NCBI GenBank assembly: GCA_000934665.2
Contig: KZ538081.1
Location: forward strand, 1 to 64,000
From: Catajapyx aquilonaris
Lineage: Eukaryota
Length of the DNA stretch: 64,000 nt
Direction: 5' to 3'
How positions within the stretch are numbered: the first letter of the stretch is position 1; the number at the start of each line of letters is the position of its first letter. Both the position numbers and the translations under genes were made by a program. Below are positions 38,161 through 51,738 of this stretch, piece by piece. The notes below the pieces were generated by a model, which saw only the letters and a program-made list of their open reading frames with translations, did no database searches and was not told the DNA's origin.

Positions 38161-38299
38161 AGGGGGGACGGGGTCGAGGGAGTGGGATCCAACGGAGCCA
38201 GGAGGTGATCCCCTCGGCCACTGGCTCTCGGCTTGTCAAGCAGCCCTCCAAAGATTCAACTGACGGCAGTTTGAATAGCATCAGTTCCGAGGGCAGCAC
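38161..38299 (+). CDS. Rim: Rim alternative exon C2 (EGGRGRGSGIQRSQEVIPSATGSRLVKQPSKDSTDGSLNSISSEGS)
   Basis: catcag|AG and GCAC|gtgagt, phase 1-2. Resembles vertebrate RIM RQPSRESTDGSINSYSSEG. This frame is not in the ORF track. Confidence 0.82.
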
Positions 38300-38494
38300 G
38301 TGAGTAGGACCTCTCACCCCCCTGACCTCCACAACGCCCCCTCTTATTGATGTGATGGAGGGTCACTCTATCGCCGCACAGATGATCTCCACTCCAAAAA
38401 TCTGTCATTTGACTTATTGAAACTCGGATCTGGGATGTGCACCAACCACACTATAATCGGCCGGTTAAGGCAAAAGGAAAGAAATGAACCAACA

Positions 38495-38990
38495 AACTAT
38501 CTAACTAACTAACAAAAAAACTAAGAATCTAGCAAATAACTAAGTGAACTTAACTAACTAACCAATGAACGAACGAATAAGCAAGCAAATGAACAAAAAA
38601 CTAATACTAACTAACAAAATAATAGTCTACATGAACGAACGAACTAATACATGAACGAACTAACTAATTGACTTACTAACTAATACATGAACGAACTAAT
38701 TAACTAACTAATACATGAACGAACTAATTAACTAACTAATACATGAACGAACTAATTAACTAACTAATTGACTAACTAACTAATGCAATCATGAACGAAC
38801 TAATTAACTAACTAATTGACTGACTAACTAATACAATCATGAACGAACTAATTAACTAACTAATTGACTGACTAACTAATACATGAACGAACTGATTAAT
38901 TAGCTAACTAATACATGGACGAACTGATTTTTAACTAACTAATAAATGAACTAACTAATTAATCAACTAACTAAAGGACTGACTGGCTAG
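38495..38990. repeat. (ACTA)/(GAAC)-rich compound tandem repeat
   Basis: actaactaatacatgaacgaactaatta units. Confidence 0.88.
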
Positions 38991-41169
38991 CAAAATAATG
39001 AACGAGCAAACAAACCAACCATGGTACAACAATTTTTGCGTCATCATCGTGTTTATTAATGTCAGTTTTATCGGTACTTTGCGACTCATTAAAATGCTAC
39101 TCATAAAAATAGTAAGCCTAATTATTTAAAATTACTTCAAATGCTGCGGTCTTGAAACTTGTTTACAATAATTTATTTATATCAGGTCAGGAACAATCGT
39201 GAAAGAAATATTAAATTTTAAGTTGTATAGAGTAGAACATTTCTGGCAAAAATCTAGCAACATAAAAAAGTAAAAATACTTTACTTGATGTATTATTGTC
39301 GCAATAATTCGGGCAAATATTTTAGTATGAGTATGTTCAGTATCTTCTTTGCTGTGCTTAGTGCTATCATGTGATAGTAGCTCTGTCATCTCTGTGGTGA
39401 TAGGCGACCCTCAAGAAGCGCTTGCCATGCTCTGCTGACTGGGTATGTGCATGATGCATGGTGTTTGTTTGTTTATTTCTTTTTTATTATTATTGTGTGA
39501 TCTTTGTGGGACTTTCCAGCCTTGGTTTCCTGCACCTCTCTATTTGCGTCACTCGCATCTCCGTCTTTGGGGCTTCGTTTCAGGAGGTAACGTGGTCGAA
39601 AAAAAAAAAAAAAGTATCCCATTTCTTTATTTAGTTCGTATATCTTGCCTTGTATACAGTGAATGGGGGACAAATCAGCTAACCTCGCGTTTTAAAGTTT
39701 CAAAAAATTTTAAAAAAGAAAGGTTAGTCGGCTTTTTCCCCACGCTTTGACCAACTAAAACTCTATCCATTTTCATGAACAAAAAAAGTTTAAAAACACA
39801 CAGCAAGTCTATCCCCCTCAAAACTGCTTCCTTCTTTCACTTTCCAATGTTGTGTATATTTGCTTCCCTTCTCCAACATAATATCTCCTTGTGTCAACTT
39901 AACATGCTGTACCACTCTCAGAAATAATTGTGGGCATCTGTACCCAGCAGTTTGCACCGTAAGTTTCAGGCTCAAAACAATATTTTTGGCCTTCGAATTA
40001 TTTTTTAAAAAATGGTACTGTAAAACCAGTAAGAGTTGTGAAATTTTCTGCTTTTATCATCTTGGCATGTACTGTAAAGTACATCACTTTAAAGTACTAA
40101 AAGTCACCTAATATTTATGCTTACTGGATTTCTGCAAGGGTAGTAACTTTTTTTAAATTGCGTAACTTGTGCTCAAACTCTCGGTGCAAAAATGGGATAG
40201 AAAACCTTACAACTTAATTCATGGAGCGATTCATACGAATTTTTGTGATTCGATTGAATGGCTCTTTTGCATTAAGCAATAATTGAACTCTAACTGTACT
40301 TGTACGTTTAGTGCAACCGAGACACACATTCACTCAGTGTCTATTTTTTTTTTGTATGTCGCATTTGCTATGTGTGTGCACTGAATGTGAGCGTATGAGT
40401 GACTGCACATCTTCAATGCTTTTCTACATACGAGCGTTACCGTGTACGTATTTTAAACTTAAGTATTAACTATTTAGCGTAATGCTGCCCACTGTACTTG
40501 AACAAGTTGCAAGCAATAGCTACTTGAGGCTATAGCAGCGGAAAGTTGTTTGTTTTCACTGGCTGCTATTGCACTTTATAAGCTGTGTATGGCTAATGAC
40601 TACATGCTTATAATAATTTTTGGGATACAATAATTGCTGCTCGAATGCATTACACCGTAGAGTTAATATTATTGTACATGTTTGCAAACTTTTTTAAAAG
40701 AAAGTGAAGAACTGCTCTCAAATGCATCACGCAGTGCTGATTTAATATTAGACAGATATTCAGGCTCTTTTTAAAATAATTCCAATCGTATTATAATCTC
40801 CTTCTCTAACATATTTTTTACTAATCCTCATTACTAAATTAAACTACCAATTTTTAATTCACAAATTACTAATTTTGTACTAATTTATTGACAAAATAAC
40901 TGTGCTGTCTCAATAATTTTTGCAAGTTTCATCAAACTATACTAGTAAATTATGTTTTTTTTTTGCTCAATTTCAATGAATTTCCTCTCAATTTTTTCAT
41001 TGAAATTTAGCTTCCCTTTTAAATATTTAAATGTATGAATTATTAAATAATTCTGGTTTTTGACCAACAGTGTTCAATCACAAGTAATTTTGTCTCTAAG
41101 AAATTGATTTTAAATAGGGCAAACGTTTTCAACATTTTGCTCAGGTTTGAAGTTGGAATGTTTTACCTG

Positions 41170-41455
41170 TAATTTACATAGTATAATTTACATACATTAC
41201 ATAGTATAATTTACATACATTGCATAGTAGCCTATAATTTACATACATTGCATAGTAGCCTATAATTTACATACATTGCATAGTAGTCTATCATTTACAT
41301 AGTTACATTGCTGTACATAGTATAATTTACATACATTGCATAGTATAATTTACATACATTGCATAGTATAATTTACATACATTGCATAGTATAATTTACA
41401 TACATTGCATAGTATAATTTACATACATTGCATAGTATAATTTACATACATTACT
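41170..41455. repeat. ~23-bp tandem repeat (tacattgcatagtataatttaca)
   Basis: About 11 copies. Confidence 0.92.
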
Positions 41456-41783
41456 GTACTCTGTACATGGTATAATTTTATCCCGTATGACGTGAAGAAT
41501 AGTGTTTTATCATGACAGATGTTCATTAAAACATTTTGCTCAGATTTGCTCATGATTTTATAACCTGCAATTTAATCATTACACCATGCTTTTCATGATA
41601 TTTTAATTGACTTTGGATTAGCAATCAGATTTTGAGAGAAGGCGATTAAATACGATCGTTTTCCATGTGATTATGTGTATAATATGAACCGCTCTATCAG
41701 GATGGTTGTTTGACCTTTGGCATTTTCTCTCCCCCCCCCACCCAATCCTTGCCCCCCCCCCNCCCCATTTGACCACCAAGTAG

Positions 41784-41986
41784 GGTGCCGCGTCTGGCAG
41801 GCGAGGGTCACCTCTCCGAGTTCATCGAAGGGTTAGGACCGGGTCAGCTGGTTGGCAGGCAAGTCCTCGCCTCGCCCGCCCTCGGAGACATCCAGCTCAG
41901 CCTCTGCGACAGGAAGGGAAACCTGGAAGTGGAGGTCATACGTGCCAGAGGACTTCAGGCCAAAACGGGTTCCAAGGTGCTGCCAG
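41784..41986 (+). CDS. Rim: Rim C2B exon 1 (VPRLAGEGHLSEFIEGLGPGQLVGRQVL...LEVEVIRARGL...KVLP)
   Basis: aagtag|G and CCAG|gtaagt, phase 2-1. Confidence 0.95.
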
Positions 41987-42682
41987 GTAAGTATACACAA
42001 AAACCAAGGTAGCTATACTGTACATATATTTACAAAAAAAAAATATGGTAATATATTATTATTGCATGTGCAGTTTTACACCCGGTTTGTACCAAGGTCG
42101 GTCAAGTAATTTATATTCAAGATTTTCACATGGATAATGTTTAGTAAGTTCGCACAAATTATTTTTCTCCGTGTGTCAGAGGAACGTCCTTAAAGTATTC
42201 ACTTTATCAAAACACTGCCAATAGGGCTTCTCTACAATCTCTATCAGTATAAAAGGCAGTTTGTTCGTTTGTTTGCTTGTTTGTTCAGGTGTGGTTATCA
42301 TGGCAACCACAGTTCGCGCAGCTTGTACGGTTGGCATTACCAATGATATCTGCCAAGCTCTCTGTATGGGGTGTACTGTGCTGCACTTATTTCCAACGCT
42401 ACGCTTGGGGGAGGGAGGAAAAATGGATGACGTATGCGATGTTGCCAAGTCTCTGGAACAAACCTCAAAGACTACGATTGTGAATTATTTAATTAATAAA
42501 TCGATAATAATCAATTAAGAATTAAGTTGTTGTCATAATAATGGAGCTGAGCGAATGTGGGTGCGCACTCCATTGCGCTCGTTAAAAAAATTTCATCTAT
42601 AGTCTATAATAAAAGGATAATTTTAATATTTAATTAAGTATGAATTTTTCAGTCGTTAATTTGGGTGCATGTCCTTTTTCAG

Positions 42683-42822
42683 CGCCTTACGTAAAAGTTT
42701 ACCTTGTGAATGGCAAGAAATGCATAGCCAAGTCCAAGACTGCTGCAGCGAGAAGAACCTTAGATCCACTGTACCAACAACAACTCGTCTTTAGAGAAAA
42801 CTATTCAGGCTGTGTGCTTCAG
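42683..42822 (+). CDS. Rim: Rim C2B exon 2 (APYVKVYLVNGKKCIAK...RRTLDPLYQQQL...VLQ)
   Basis: ttttcag|CG and CAG|gtatat, phase 1-0. Confidence 0.96.
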
Positions 42823-42898
42823 GTATATAAAAAAATAGAGAAGATAAGATAAGATAAATATAGCAGATTTTGGAAACTCCTCAAATTTTCTATTTCAG

Positions 42899-43033
42899 GT
42901 GACGGTGTGGGGTGACTATGGACGAATAGAAGGTCGGAAAGTGTTCATGGGAGTAGCTCAGATTATGTTGGACGACCTGGACCTATCAAATATTGTCATA
43001 GGCTGGTACAAGCTTTTTGGGACATCTTCCTTG
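42899..43033 (+). CDS. Rim: Rim C2B exon 3 (VTVWGDYGRIEGRKVFMGVAQIMLDDLDLSNIVIGWYKLFGTSSL)
   Basis: tttcag|GTG and TTG|gtaagt, phase 0-0. Confidence 0.95.
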
Positions 43034-43073
43034 GTAAGTCCCGTTCATTTTGTGACCTGTTTCACACCCATTT

Positions 43074-43180
43074 CGGTAGATCTTTACTACGCGACGAACT
43101 AGCGGGAAATCGGAAAGCCACAATAACGTTCGTTGGCATGCGTCGCTCCCGCCACTTCGCCGCGTAGTAAAGATCAGCCG
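43074..43180. mobile_element. MITE family M1, short copy
   Basis: Same TIRs as 5244-5516. Confidence 0.7.
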
Positions 43181-43249
43181 TGTTATCACTTAGTTGGGTG
43201 TGACTGGAGCTGATCTAGATGTGATATTGACCTCTGACCTTTTTTTCAG

Positions 43250-43267
43250 CTTCCCGGGCAGGTTTGA
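43250..43267 (+). CDS. Rim: Probable Rim terminal coding exon (LPGQV-stop), followed by the 3' UTR
   Basis: Strong acceptor ctgacctttttttcag|. A phase-0 join gives TGA at 43265-43267. The exact C-terminus is uncertain. Confidence 0.55.
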   Translation, partial: LPGQV

Positions 43268-46200
43268 CCCTCGGCTGAGCCTCCACGGCGGCTCTGGTCG
43301 TAGCGGCGGGAGGCAGCAGTAGCAGAAGCAGCACAAGACACTCGCAAAAAAAATTAATAATAACCAACCGGGTGAGAGGAAATTAAGAGAGGCACGTAAT
43401 ACGGGTGGAGCTACGCAACTCTATTTAAAAGAAAATATAAAAAATTAACAGTGGCCAAAAATTTTCGCGAACAAAACAAAAAAAGAGAGGCACGAGAATA
43501 AGCCAACAAGTACTACTCCTACTACCTACCTACCTAAAAAAATATTACTCTACTGCAAATTAACTAAACTACATACTGCTTGTTACCAAAGTGCACATGT
43601 ACGGGTCCATGTTGCCTAAACTCTGGCAGCTCTTTGGAGGCAACCTGACCATCGCCCATCCAGCAAACACCTCTGAAAGAAAGAAAAAAATATTGTGCTT
43701 TTCATTCCCCATTAACCCTCCCCCCCAAAAAAACCAACTTCTGTAACAATAGGGTAAACACCCCCTCAACCCATCATTAACCAATTCCCAGTTTTTTAAA
43801 AATATATGTATATAAAAAAATACAAACACAGACACACACACACACAATTTGATGGGCGGTGGAGCGAGTTCCAAAGTGACGACTGTTTCTACGTTATTAC
43901 CTGTACTCCAAACACATCTGAATTTTTTGATTTCTGCAAAAAATGTTGGCCAACAATCGGTGGTTCAACAATATGTGGGGAGGATTTTCACGTATAAAGG
44001 TGTTGCAAGTGTTTTTGACATATAAGTTGGACCATCAAAGTGAGAGCGGAGTTTATTTTATTTTATTAATTTGTATTTTATTTTATTGGGGCTGCATTTG
44101 TGAACATATAACACCAAAAACCTGAATTTTAAAAAAAACTACCATATAATGATGCATTTACACTGTGGACTTGCGCAAATTCCATCACTTATTGTGGGAT
44201 TATCCATTGTCGCAGTCTGGGTAATAATATTTTACTTGTTTGTTAAAACGAAGAAGGAGGAAAAAATGGTGGTTCTTCGTAAATGTGGTGGGCAACGTCA
44301 AAATTTTTTTTTGACAGAAACTGATATGCTTTGCAAAAAAACGTAGCGTGTCCAAAATTGTGATACTAAGAGCTGGTTGAATTAATTAATTAATTAGCCG
44401 AATTGCTTAATCAAATGTTTATCAAAAAAAATATTTCTGATGCAAATTGGCAGCATTTATTTTGAGTGATTTTTAATCTTTGTCTCATTAAACACCCTGT
44501 ACTTTCAATTAGTTGTTTTTCCATTGACATGACACATGATGTAACGTTCATGAACAATTTTTTGACACGCTACGTTTTCTCTGGCATTGTGACCTAATGT
44601 GGTAAATGAAAAGTTCGGCTGTATTATTAACACTAATTACGTGCAAGACTATAGCATCAACTACACAAAATTAATGCGTGAACCCACCTCTTATGATTGG
44701 TCAAACTTTGTTTAAAAGTCTAGCTTTTTTATGCCCCGAAAAGGCGCTCCCAAAATTTTTAACTGTTTTACCCCGGTAAAAAAATATATATTTAAATTTT
44801 AACAACTCAAAAATATGGCCAAAAAAAAGCTGCTGGGGGGACATTTTGCTTTTTTTTGTGTCATACTAATTATGACCCAGCCTTTATTTTGTACGAAAAA
44901 AAAAATCAACTCCAAGTATTGTCACATAATCAAATCCAAGTTTTATCAAAGTGCAGCAGCAGCAGCATAAGTAACAAGTCACGAATCGAATGGAAATATT
45001 TCCGGCAAACTTTTTTCTTGAGAGCGAATTTGTGAAGCATAAGAGAGTGAAGCAGAAATCGAACCGGGGAGGGGGAAGAAAAAAAAGACACGAAAGAATT
45101 TTGAAATAAAAATAAATATTAAAATGTAATATAACATATAGATATTATAGAGTTCCCATCCATCCAATTTCCATAAAATTATGTGAGCAGATTCGGACTT
45201 GTTGCTCGGGGTTTAAAATTCGTCACTGCCATACGTGCATTGCATAATAAAAAGGGAGGCCTCTCGGAGTAATAATAATAATTAATAATTAAACTAACTA
45301 ACTAACTAATAAAAAGGATTACAATAACACACGAAGAGACCAGCAGATTTTTTTTAAAACGTGGAAAAAATAAGAAAGAAAAAAACACTTTTTGGTGCGA
45401 CGGAGTGCGAGGGTTGGAAATATATGACATATACAAGAGTATGTACGAGTGAGATGTAAACAATGAGTTTTAAACCCTGGCATATAGAAACATTATCATA
45501 GGATATGGGAACACACGTGAGTGTTACTCCTCCTCTTTTTTTTTAAAGTATGTCTGAGTGTGTGAGTCTCTCAAGTGAGGAAGAAAGGTTTTTATCTCCA
45601 ACGTAACTTAAACCTAACCACAACCCCTGGTGGAATTTCACTGCCTAGATAAATAATATAAATCCCCCCCCCCCTTTCCCCTCCCCTCCCTACCTTGACT
45701 AATAAATAATTACCAAATAAATAACTCTCGTCTGACGAGCGGTTAAAAATTGGAGAAAACTGATATATCGGACGAAATGCTTATGAAGTAAAAAAAAATT
45801 CCAATAGCTAATGTAGATAACTTTTGTTTGAACCTATTTGAACATGTTTAAAACTATTGTTTGATACTTTCAATTTTTCACTGGGTATGTTGACCTTCAG
45901 TACACTACTATTGCGAACGAGAGATTGGTTTGAACTTTGATTTGCAAAATGGGGGTTTGTCTGACGGCTTCACAAGCGGTTGGAAATACGTGGTTGTACT
46001 AGTCTTGTAAATAAGACAAATTTTTTTCTCCATCTGTATGGACTGGTTGCAAATGCACCTTTTTTAAAAAAAGTGAATTGGTGAGCGGAAGCACTGTTTG
46101 AAATAATATGTCAAAGGTCAGATGACAGTCATTTTGCAAAGAAAAGTCAAACAGGGCGAGCTTCTCCATCATATGTGGTTTACGATTCTTACAATACAGC

Positions 46201-49200
46201 AATTGGCAATTTTTCAATATTGAAAAAAACAGTGTGTGTACTACATATGTATTTAAGTAAGTTACAAGGACTTGGCAGCAATGTGGAACATATGTTGTCT
46301 CAATATCTGGATTGCTTGCGGTAGCGCATTGTTCCCAGCATCTGCAATATAGAAAATTGCGACATCATCTGTCCGATATGGCTGCGGATTGAAGCTTTTA
46401 CACATTACAACAAATATGAAACCACTGTATGAAGGAACATTAAAAACGAAAGAGAGAGAGAGGGGAAAAAAATAGTTGGAGGACACTCTTTGCGAATGTC
46501 TGGCTCAAGTGTAAAACCTTTTTAATATCATTACAATCCACCAGGGAATATTTAAAAAAAATATATAACAATACAAAATGAACTTGAAGGGTTGTGAACC
46601 CTATAAATCCCCTCTCCCTTCCCCCAAAAAATAATTTCCAATTAACTTTCTCCCTCACTTAACAATGTTGGGTCTGTTTGGAAGTTTTGAGCAAATGAAC
46701 TCCAAGTGCGAAACAATTGTTGCTATAAAAAATATTATATATCCAGGAACTATTGACTCCCCCTACTCCTCAACCCTTCTCTATTGTGACTGCTACTTGT
46801 TGTTTTTGCAATGGATCCGGTGGTGCTGGTGTATGTAGAAAAATTTGTTTTTTTTGTGGGGGTCCCACAACCCCCCCAGGTTATATATAATATGAAAAAA
46901 ATATTACACACCCCCTACACATACACACTTTTAAAAAATATATATGGGGGGTGGGGGAGTGCACAAGGACCGATGGACATTGTGTAGGCCTGAATTTTTT
47001 CGACAGCCATCATTGAATCCAGAGTGATGTTTTTTGTAGGGAATGGAAGAGAAGAAAAAAAACGGTGTGTGTAAATCGGAAAAAAATATACATAATATGA
47101 ATAGTGATTTTTTTGGTGATGGTGTTTGGTGATGGTGACACACGAGAACAAAAAAATAAAAAGGTCAGTTGATTGACCCCTTGTACCCGAAACCAGGGTA
47201 GGGGTGCAGGGGGTGAGACATTTTCTCCTTATGCTTCAAAGTTGACAATAAATTTTTTGAAACTCCCAAAAAATAATAAATAATAAAAAATAATTATCAT
47301 CAACAACTTTTTCCTACTTGCATCGGCGTGTATTAGGAACTTCGTTTTTTTTTATTAATTGTTTATTTTAAAAAAAATTTGTTTTAAAGTCTGGGAGGGT
47401 GGCTGGAGGGAGGGAGGTGGGTTTATAAAATATATTCCCTGCTTGCTTCCTTTCTCTGCCTGCAACAAAAATATATTATAGTTTTTTTTTTCTTTTTGAA
47501 CTACACACAGCCCTTTTAAATACAGCATGAGTTTACATTTGGAGGGGAATAAATTTTTTAGGTGGTTCCAAAAGTTTGTGATTTTCTTAAAACAAATGTA
47601 ACGCTTCAAAAAAAAACAATTGCGTGTAATGTACGCACAATTAGAGTTGTTAGCGATCGAGTGTGAAAGGCTGATTATTATTTTTTTAAATGAAAGAATT
47701 AGAAACTTTGGGAACCACAAAAATGGGATCGAAAAAAAAAAAATCATCCTGAAAGGGCAAAAGAAATATTAGCCAAGTGCCCAAAAACGGTGCTTTACTG
47801 AATTTATTTAAAAACCAATTAGTGAAAAACTAAAGTCGCTTAATTAATAATTGCAGACGTTTATTAGCCGTTTATATTGGGAAATAAAATAAGATTGCTA
47901 ACAAAAATCTGAGAAAATAATAAGAAAAAAAATTTGCTGCTTCTATATACAAGGCTATAATGTCGAAGTAAATGGTGCCCGGTATATAATATATATGAAG
48001 AAGAAAAGAAAAAAAATCTTGTGTACTTTCATACATTGTTTACTGTGTGGTACAACAACTTGATTGTTTATTTATACATCTTTAACAATGTTAATGTTAT
48101 GTTGAAAGTAACAATCCGTGTATTTTAACGTTGGGTGAATTACAGATGAGTCAATAATTTTGATAAATATTGTCAGTTGTGTACAGTATAATATTATGAG
48201 CAAAGAATGGACCAAAGTAGCCGATAAAAAAATATAATAATTAGGCTATGAACGTAATTATCTCTGACATCTCTTTTAAAAAGAAATCGTGGTGTTTAGA
48301 TGTAGATTACAACTTTTAAATTAACAGTTCCTCATTACCTTTGTTAGACTTAAAACTCTTCGCCTTGTTGCATTGCGAAAAAGTATGCGTGTCTATAATA
48401 GATATTATAAAATAACAGACGGTAAACTTAACTAAACCAAGTAGCAATTATTTGTTAGTTGAACCGGTTTACAGAACATGTCTCACTTCCTGTGGATTAT
48501 TTTTATGTTGATGAAGAAAAAAAAATTATGATTATTGTTTTGAACTAGGTGAAAGTTTGATTTTTTTTTTTAAAAAAAAGGAATCCAATGCAGCATTTGC
48601 AAAGTATTATTGGTAATTTTGATAATTTTTCTTTGTGCTAATTCTTTGGCGGAAAACCTGTTTAATAGATTGAAGAAGATAGAAATGGTGAGTAAAATCA
48701 AAATATTGCAAAATATGTTTTTTTTTATATATTTTAAATTGTAACAAGAAGTGATTGGACTGTGTATGAATATTAATTTGTATATACAGGAAAATTTCAT
48801 ACCCTAATTTTTGAGTTGATTGCTGTTATCTAAAGCTGCCATTTAATTATGCCAATTACTGAGCTATACTTGTGCCACAGTGTGATATTCCTTTAAATTG
48901 ATCCATTACAATTGGCATATTTTTGCTTTAAAATTAGGCATAACATTCGCAATTAAAATTGTTGCATGCTCTCGAATATTTATTGCATTCTGTAGTATTT
49001 TTGACATTACAAAATATTTTATAATTTGCACTATTAATCATATTTTCCGCCCAAAAAATTATGCCCAAAGTACACTGATTAATTCGTTACTTTCTTAATA
49101 CACTTTATTTTTTCTGGAATATATCATAAAATTTGCATTACATTGCTGCATTGGTAATGGAAAAAAAATCAAGCTGGTTATTGCTCTGTATAGTGTTTTA

Positions 49201-50832
49201 AAAAAAAAACGTGGGTTAAGAATCGTAAACATGGACAGGTGTGTTTCTGTATATTTATGAAGAAGAAGAAGAAAAAAGTGAGTGAACGTGAGTGTGTGAG
49301 AGAGATAGGCGATCGAGTAGTCACTCCTGGACAGAAACGGTTATGAGGATTTTTTTGCAAAAAAAAAATGGATTAAAAAATGGCACACCTATCGGAACCT
49401 TTTTGCTGAACTGGAAATAAAAAAATTTACATCGTTAATAATTGTTGGTAGTTTAAAAAAATTAAATCCTGTCGTGAGTGCAATGCATTTCTATATAGTT
49501 GCTTCGGCCCTGATCTTTAACAAAAAATAATAATAATATTGGCACGCTGCATAATAATAATTATTATAACGGCGCGTATGTACGATCCTTTTTTGTAAAA
49601 AAAAAATGAAATGTTAACTCTTGGCAAAAAAAAATTAGTGCGGCAACATCCCCTCCCCCTTGCCTCCCCCCCCCCCTCCAATTTTTCTGCTGTGACAAAA
49701 AAAAATCATATTGTTCATGTTAACATATGCAGTGAGAAAAATCAGCAGATTTGTAGTCATCCATGTTTACGATTATTTTGTAAACGAGTCAATATAATAT
49801 AGGCAATTTTACCTAAGGTGCTAGTTCTTAATCCTGTATATATATGTTTGATACGTATACTTTCCATATTTGAAGTATATATCGGTACGCTGATTCAGCG
49901 AGGTACAGTAAGGCTTTTACTTTTAACGATGAGTACTGTGCATTTTTACAGGGAATAACCTTTAAAGTAAAAAAAAAAAGGAGAGAAAAAGAAAACATAC
50001 CTAAATATTGTTAGTGTTGGAAGAATTTTTTTTATATAGAATATAAATGAAAAGCGGTGTACATGTTTTAACCCTCCCCCACAAAAAAAAATATCAGAAG
50101 ACGGATGAAGAGCAAGAGGAAACAATGAAGCGAATGAAGAGGAAGAATCAACAACAATGTGTGTGTGTGTGTCCCCTCCCCTCACAACAATTTTAGGTTT
50201 TCAAAATATTTCAGCATGCAATTGACAAGACGCCTATTGTATCCGTAACAGTTCTTTTTTTGATATAAGACCGAGAAAAAAAAAAGACACGAATTTAATT
50301 AAGAAAGTTAGTCATTTTTAAAAACCGTTCTGTATATATGGTAGCATTTAAATGCTCAAAACTGTATGTGTCATCAAAATGATGTGCATTAATTGTCTCT
50401 GTGACAAAAAACTTATACATATTGACAACATATGAATTGCAGGGTATGTAATGAAAAAAAAAATTATGAAGTTACATCAAAAAGAAAAAAAAGAAAGAAA
50501 AACGTTTGGCTTTGGTGATGCATGATTCACACTTTAAACCTCCCATTTATTTATTTATTTTTTTGGCCCACTTTACACTACACACTTGTGAAATTTTTTT
50601 ATCATGCGATTTTTTTTTTGCAGGCAACCTTCAGAAGCAGCTTTTGCCAAAATTTCAGTTTGAGAAGATTAGTGACATCTAGTGATTGGGTAAGTTCTTA
50701 TAGGTATATTTCACTGTCCTATATTGGTATTTATTATGATTTCCAGACAGCTTCAAATTTATTGGCCAAATTGATCGCATTTTTTTGTTGTTGGATTGCA
50801 TGTTGAGCACATAGCTTTGGATCAAACAATCT

Positions 50833-50919
50833 TCATATGCTAATGTCGCTCGTATCCGTCGATGACCCCACGAGCGACTGGGGCAAGGACACTACAGGTG
50901 ATATCATCCCCTGGAATTC
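50833..50919 (-). CDS. fax: fax/FAXC-like last exon (EFQGMISP...DISI-stop)
   Basis: catctccag|GAA acceptor, stop at 50833-50835. The preceding 69-nt intron is in frame and stop-free. Confidence 0.7.
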   Translation of the reverse strand, partial: EFQGMISPVVSLPQSLVGSSTDTSDISI

Positions 50920-50988
50920 CTGGAGATGAAACCAAAGGGATGAGACGCACTTTGTACTGGTATAGTTCTGTAACACCCTGTACATTAC

Positions 50989-51107
50989 CTGCAGCTCTTC
51001 ATGACTGCTGACACCCCCGTCGGAAAACTTATCCAGGCAAGAATCCCAGTCGGACCAGTAGTTGTACTTCATCCGGAGGCAAAAGTTGCTTAGGTTGATC
51101 AACTCCT
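50989..51107 (-). CDS. fax: fax/FAXC-like exon (EELINLSNFCLRMKYNYWSDWD...EELQ)
   Basis: aacacag|AG and CAG|gtaatg, phase 1-0. NLxxFCxRMKxxYWxDW is the FAX C-terminal motif. Confidence 0.9.
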
Positions 51108-51354
51108 CTGTGTTAAATTGGTCGCAAAAAAAGTGTATATAAACAAACTGTGGAAAATACAGGCCTACGACACTTCCATCGCCTTATACGATGTCTCAGC
51201 ATATCATATAAAATATTTAAACCATTTTTCACCATTACTTTTAGCAGATTGTTAGTCAGATTGTTCAGTCGCAATTTGCCCTTGCTATAGGTAGGTTGCT
51301 AGGACGGGTAAATGAGAGCGTTTGAACAAAATAATGTATAACATGTTCTCTCAC

Positions 51355-51471
51355 CTTGTATGACCTTCTCGTGAATTGAACCTGGCATGTTCCACATTAC
51401 TTGGGCCAGCACTCCAAACACTGCGCAGTCCACCTCGGTCGGATTGGAACCGGAAAAGTAATCCTTGCTTC
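51355..51471 (-). CDS. fax: fax/FAXC-like exon (GSKDYFSGSNPTEVDCAVFGVLAQVMWNMPGS...)
   Basis: aaaaag|GA and CAAG|gtgaga, phase 1-1. GST C-terminal-like YFxGxxPTxxDCAVFGxLAQ. Confidence 0.92.
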
Positions 51472-51738
51472 CTTTTTTAAAAAATAAAATAAATAAATAA
51501 ATAAATACATACATATTTATATATAAAAAATTGCATAAAACAATAATTAGGACCAGTAGGATCATGTTACATATGTGTAAGTATGTTCATTTTGCGACAA
51601 CCACTAATATAAAGTCGCAGAAAGAAAATCTACCATTAAAAAGACAACGTTTGTTTGTCCAGATTTGGTTTCCGTGGCAACCTGTTGCCATTGCTTATCA
51701 CTTTTGCCAAATTTTTGGCGAAGGGTTCACTATATAAG

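Noticed and set aside
39445..39590. Hydrophobic ORF with donor GAG|gtaacg as an alternative first exon for C2B
   Set aside because: The donor phase does not match the phase-2 acceptor at 41784, and there is no similarity to RIM.
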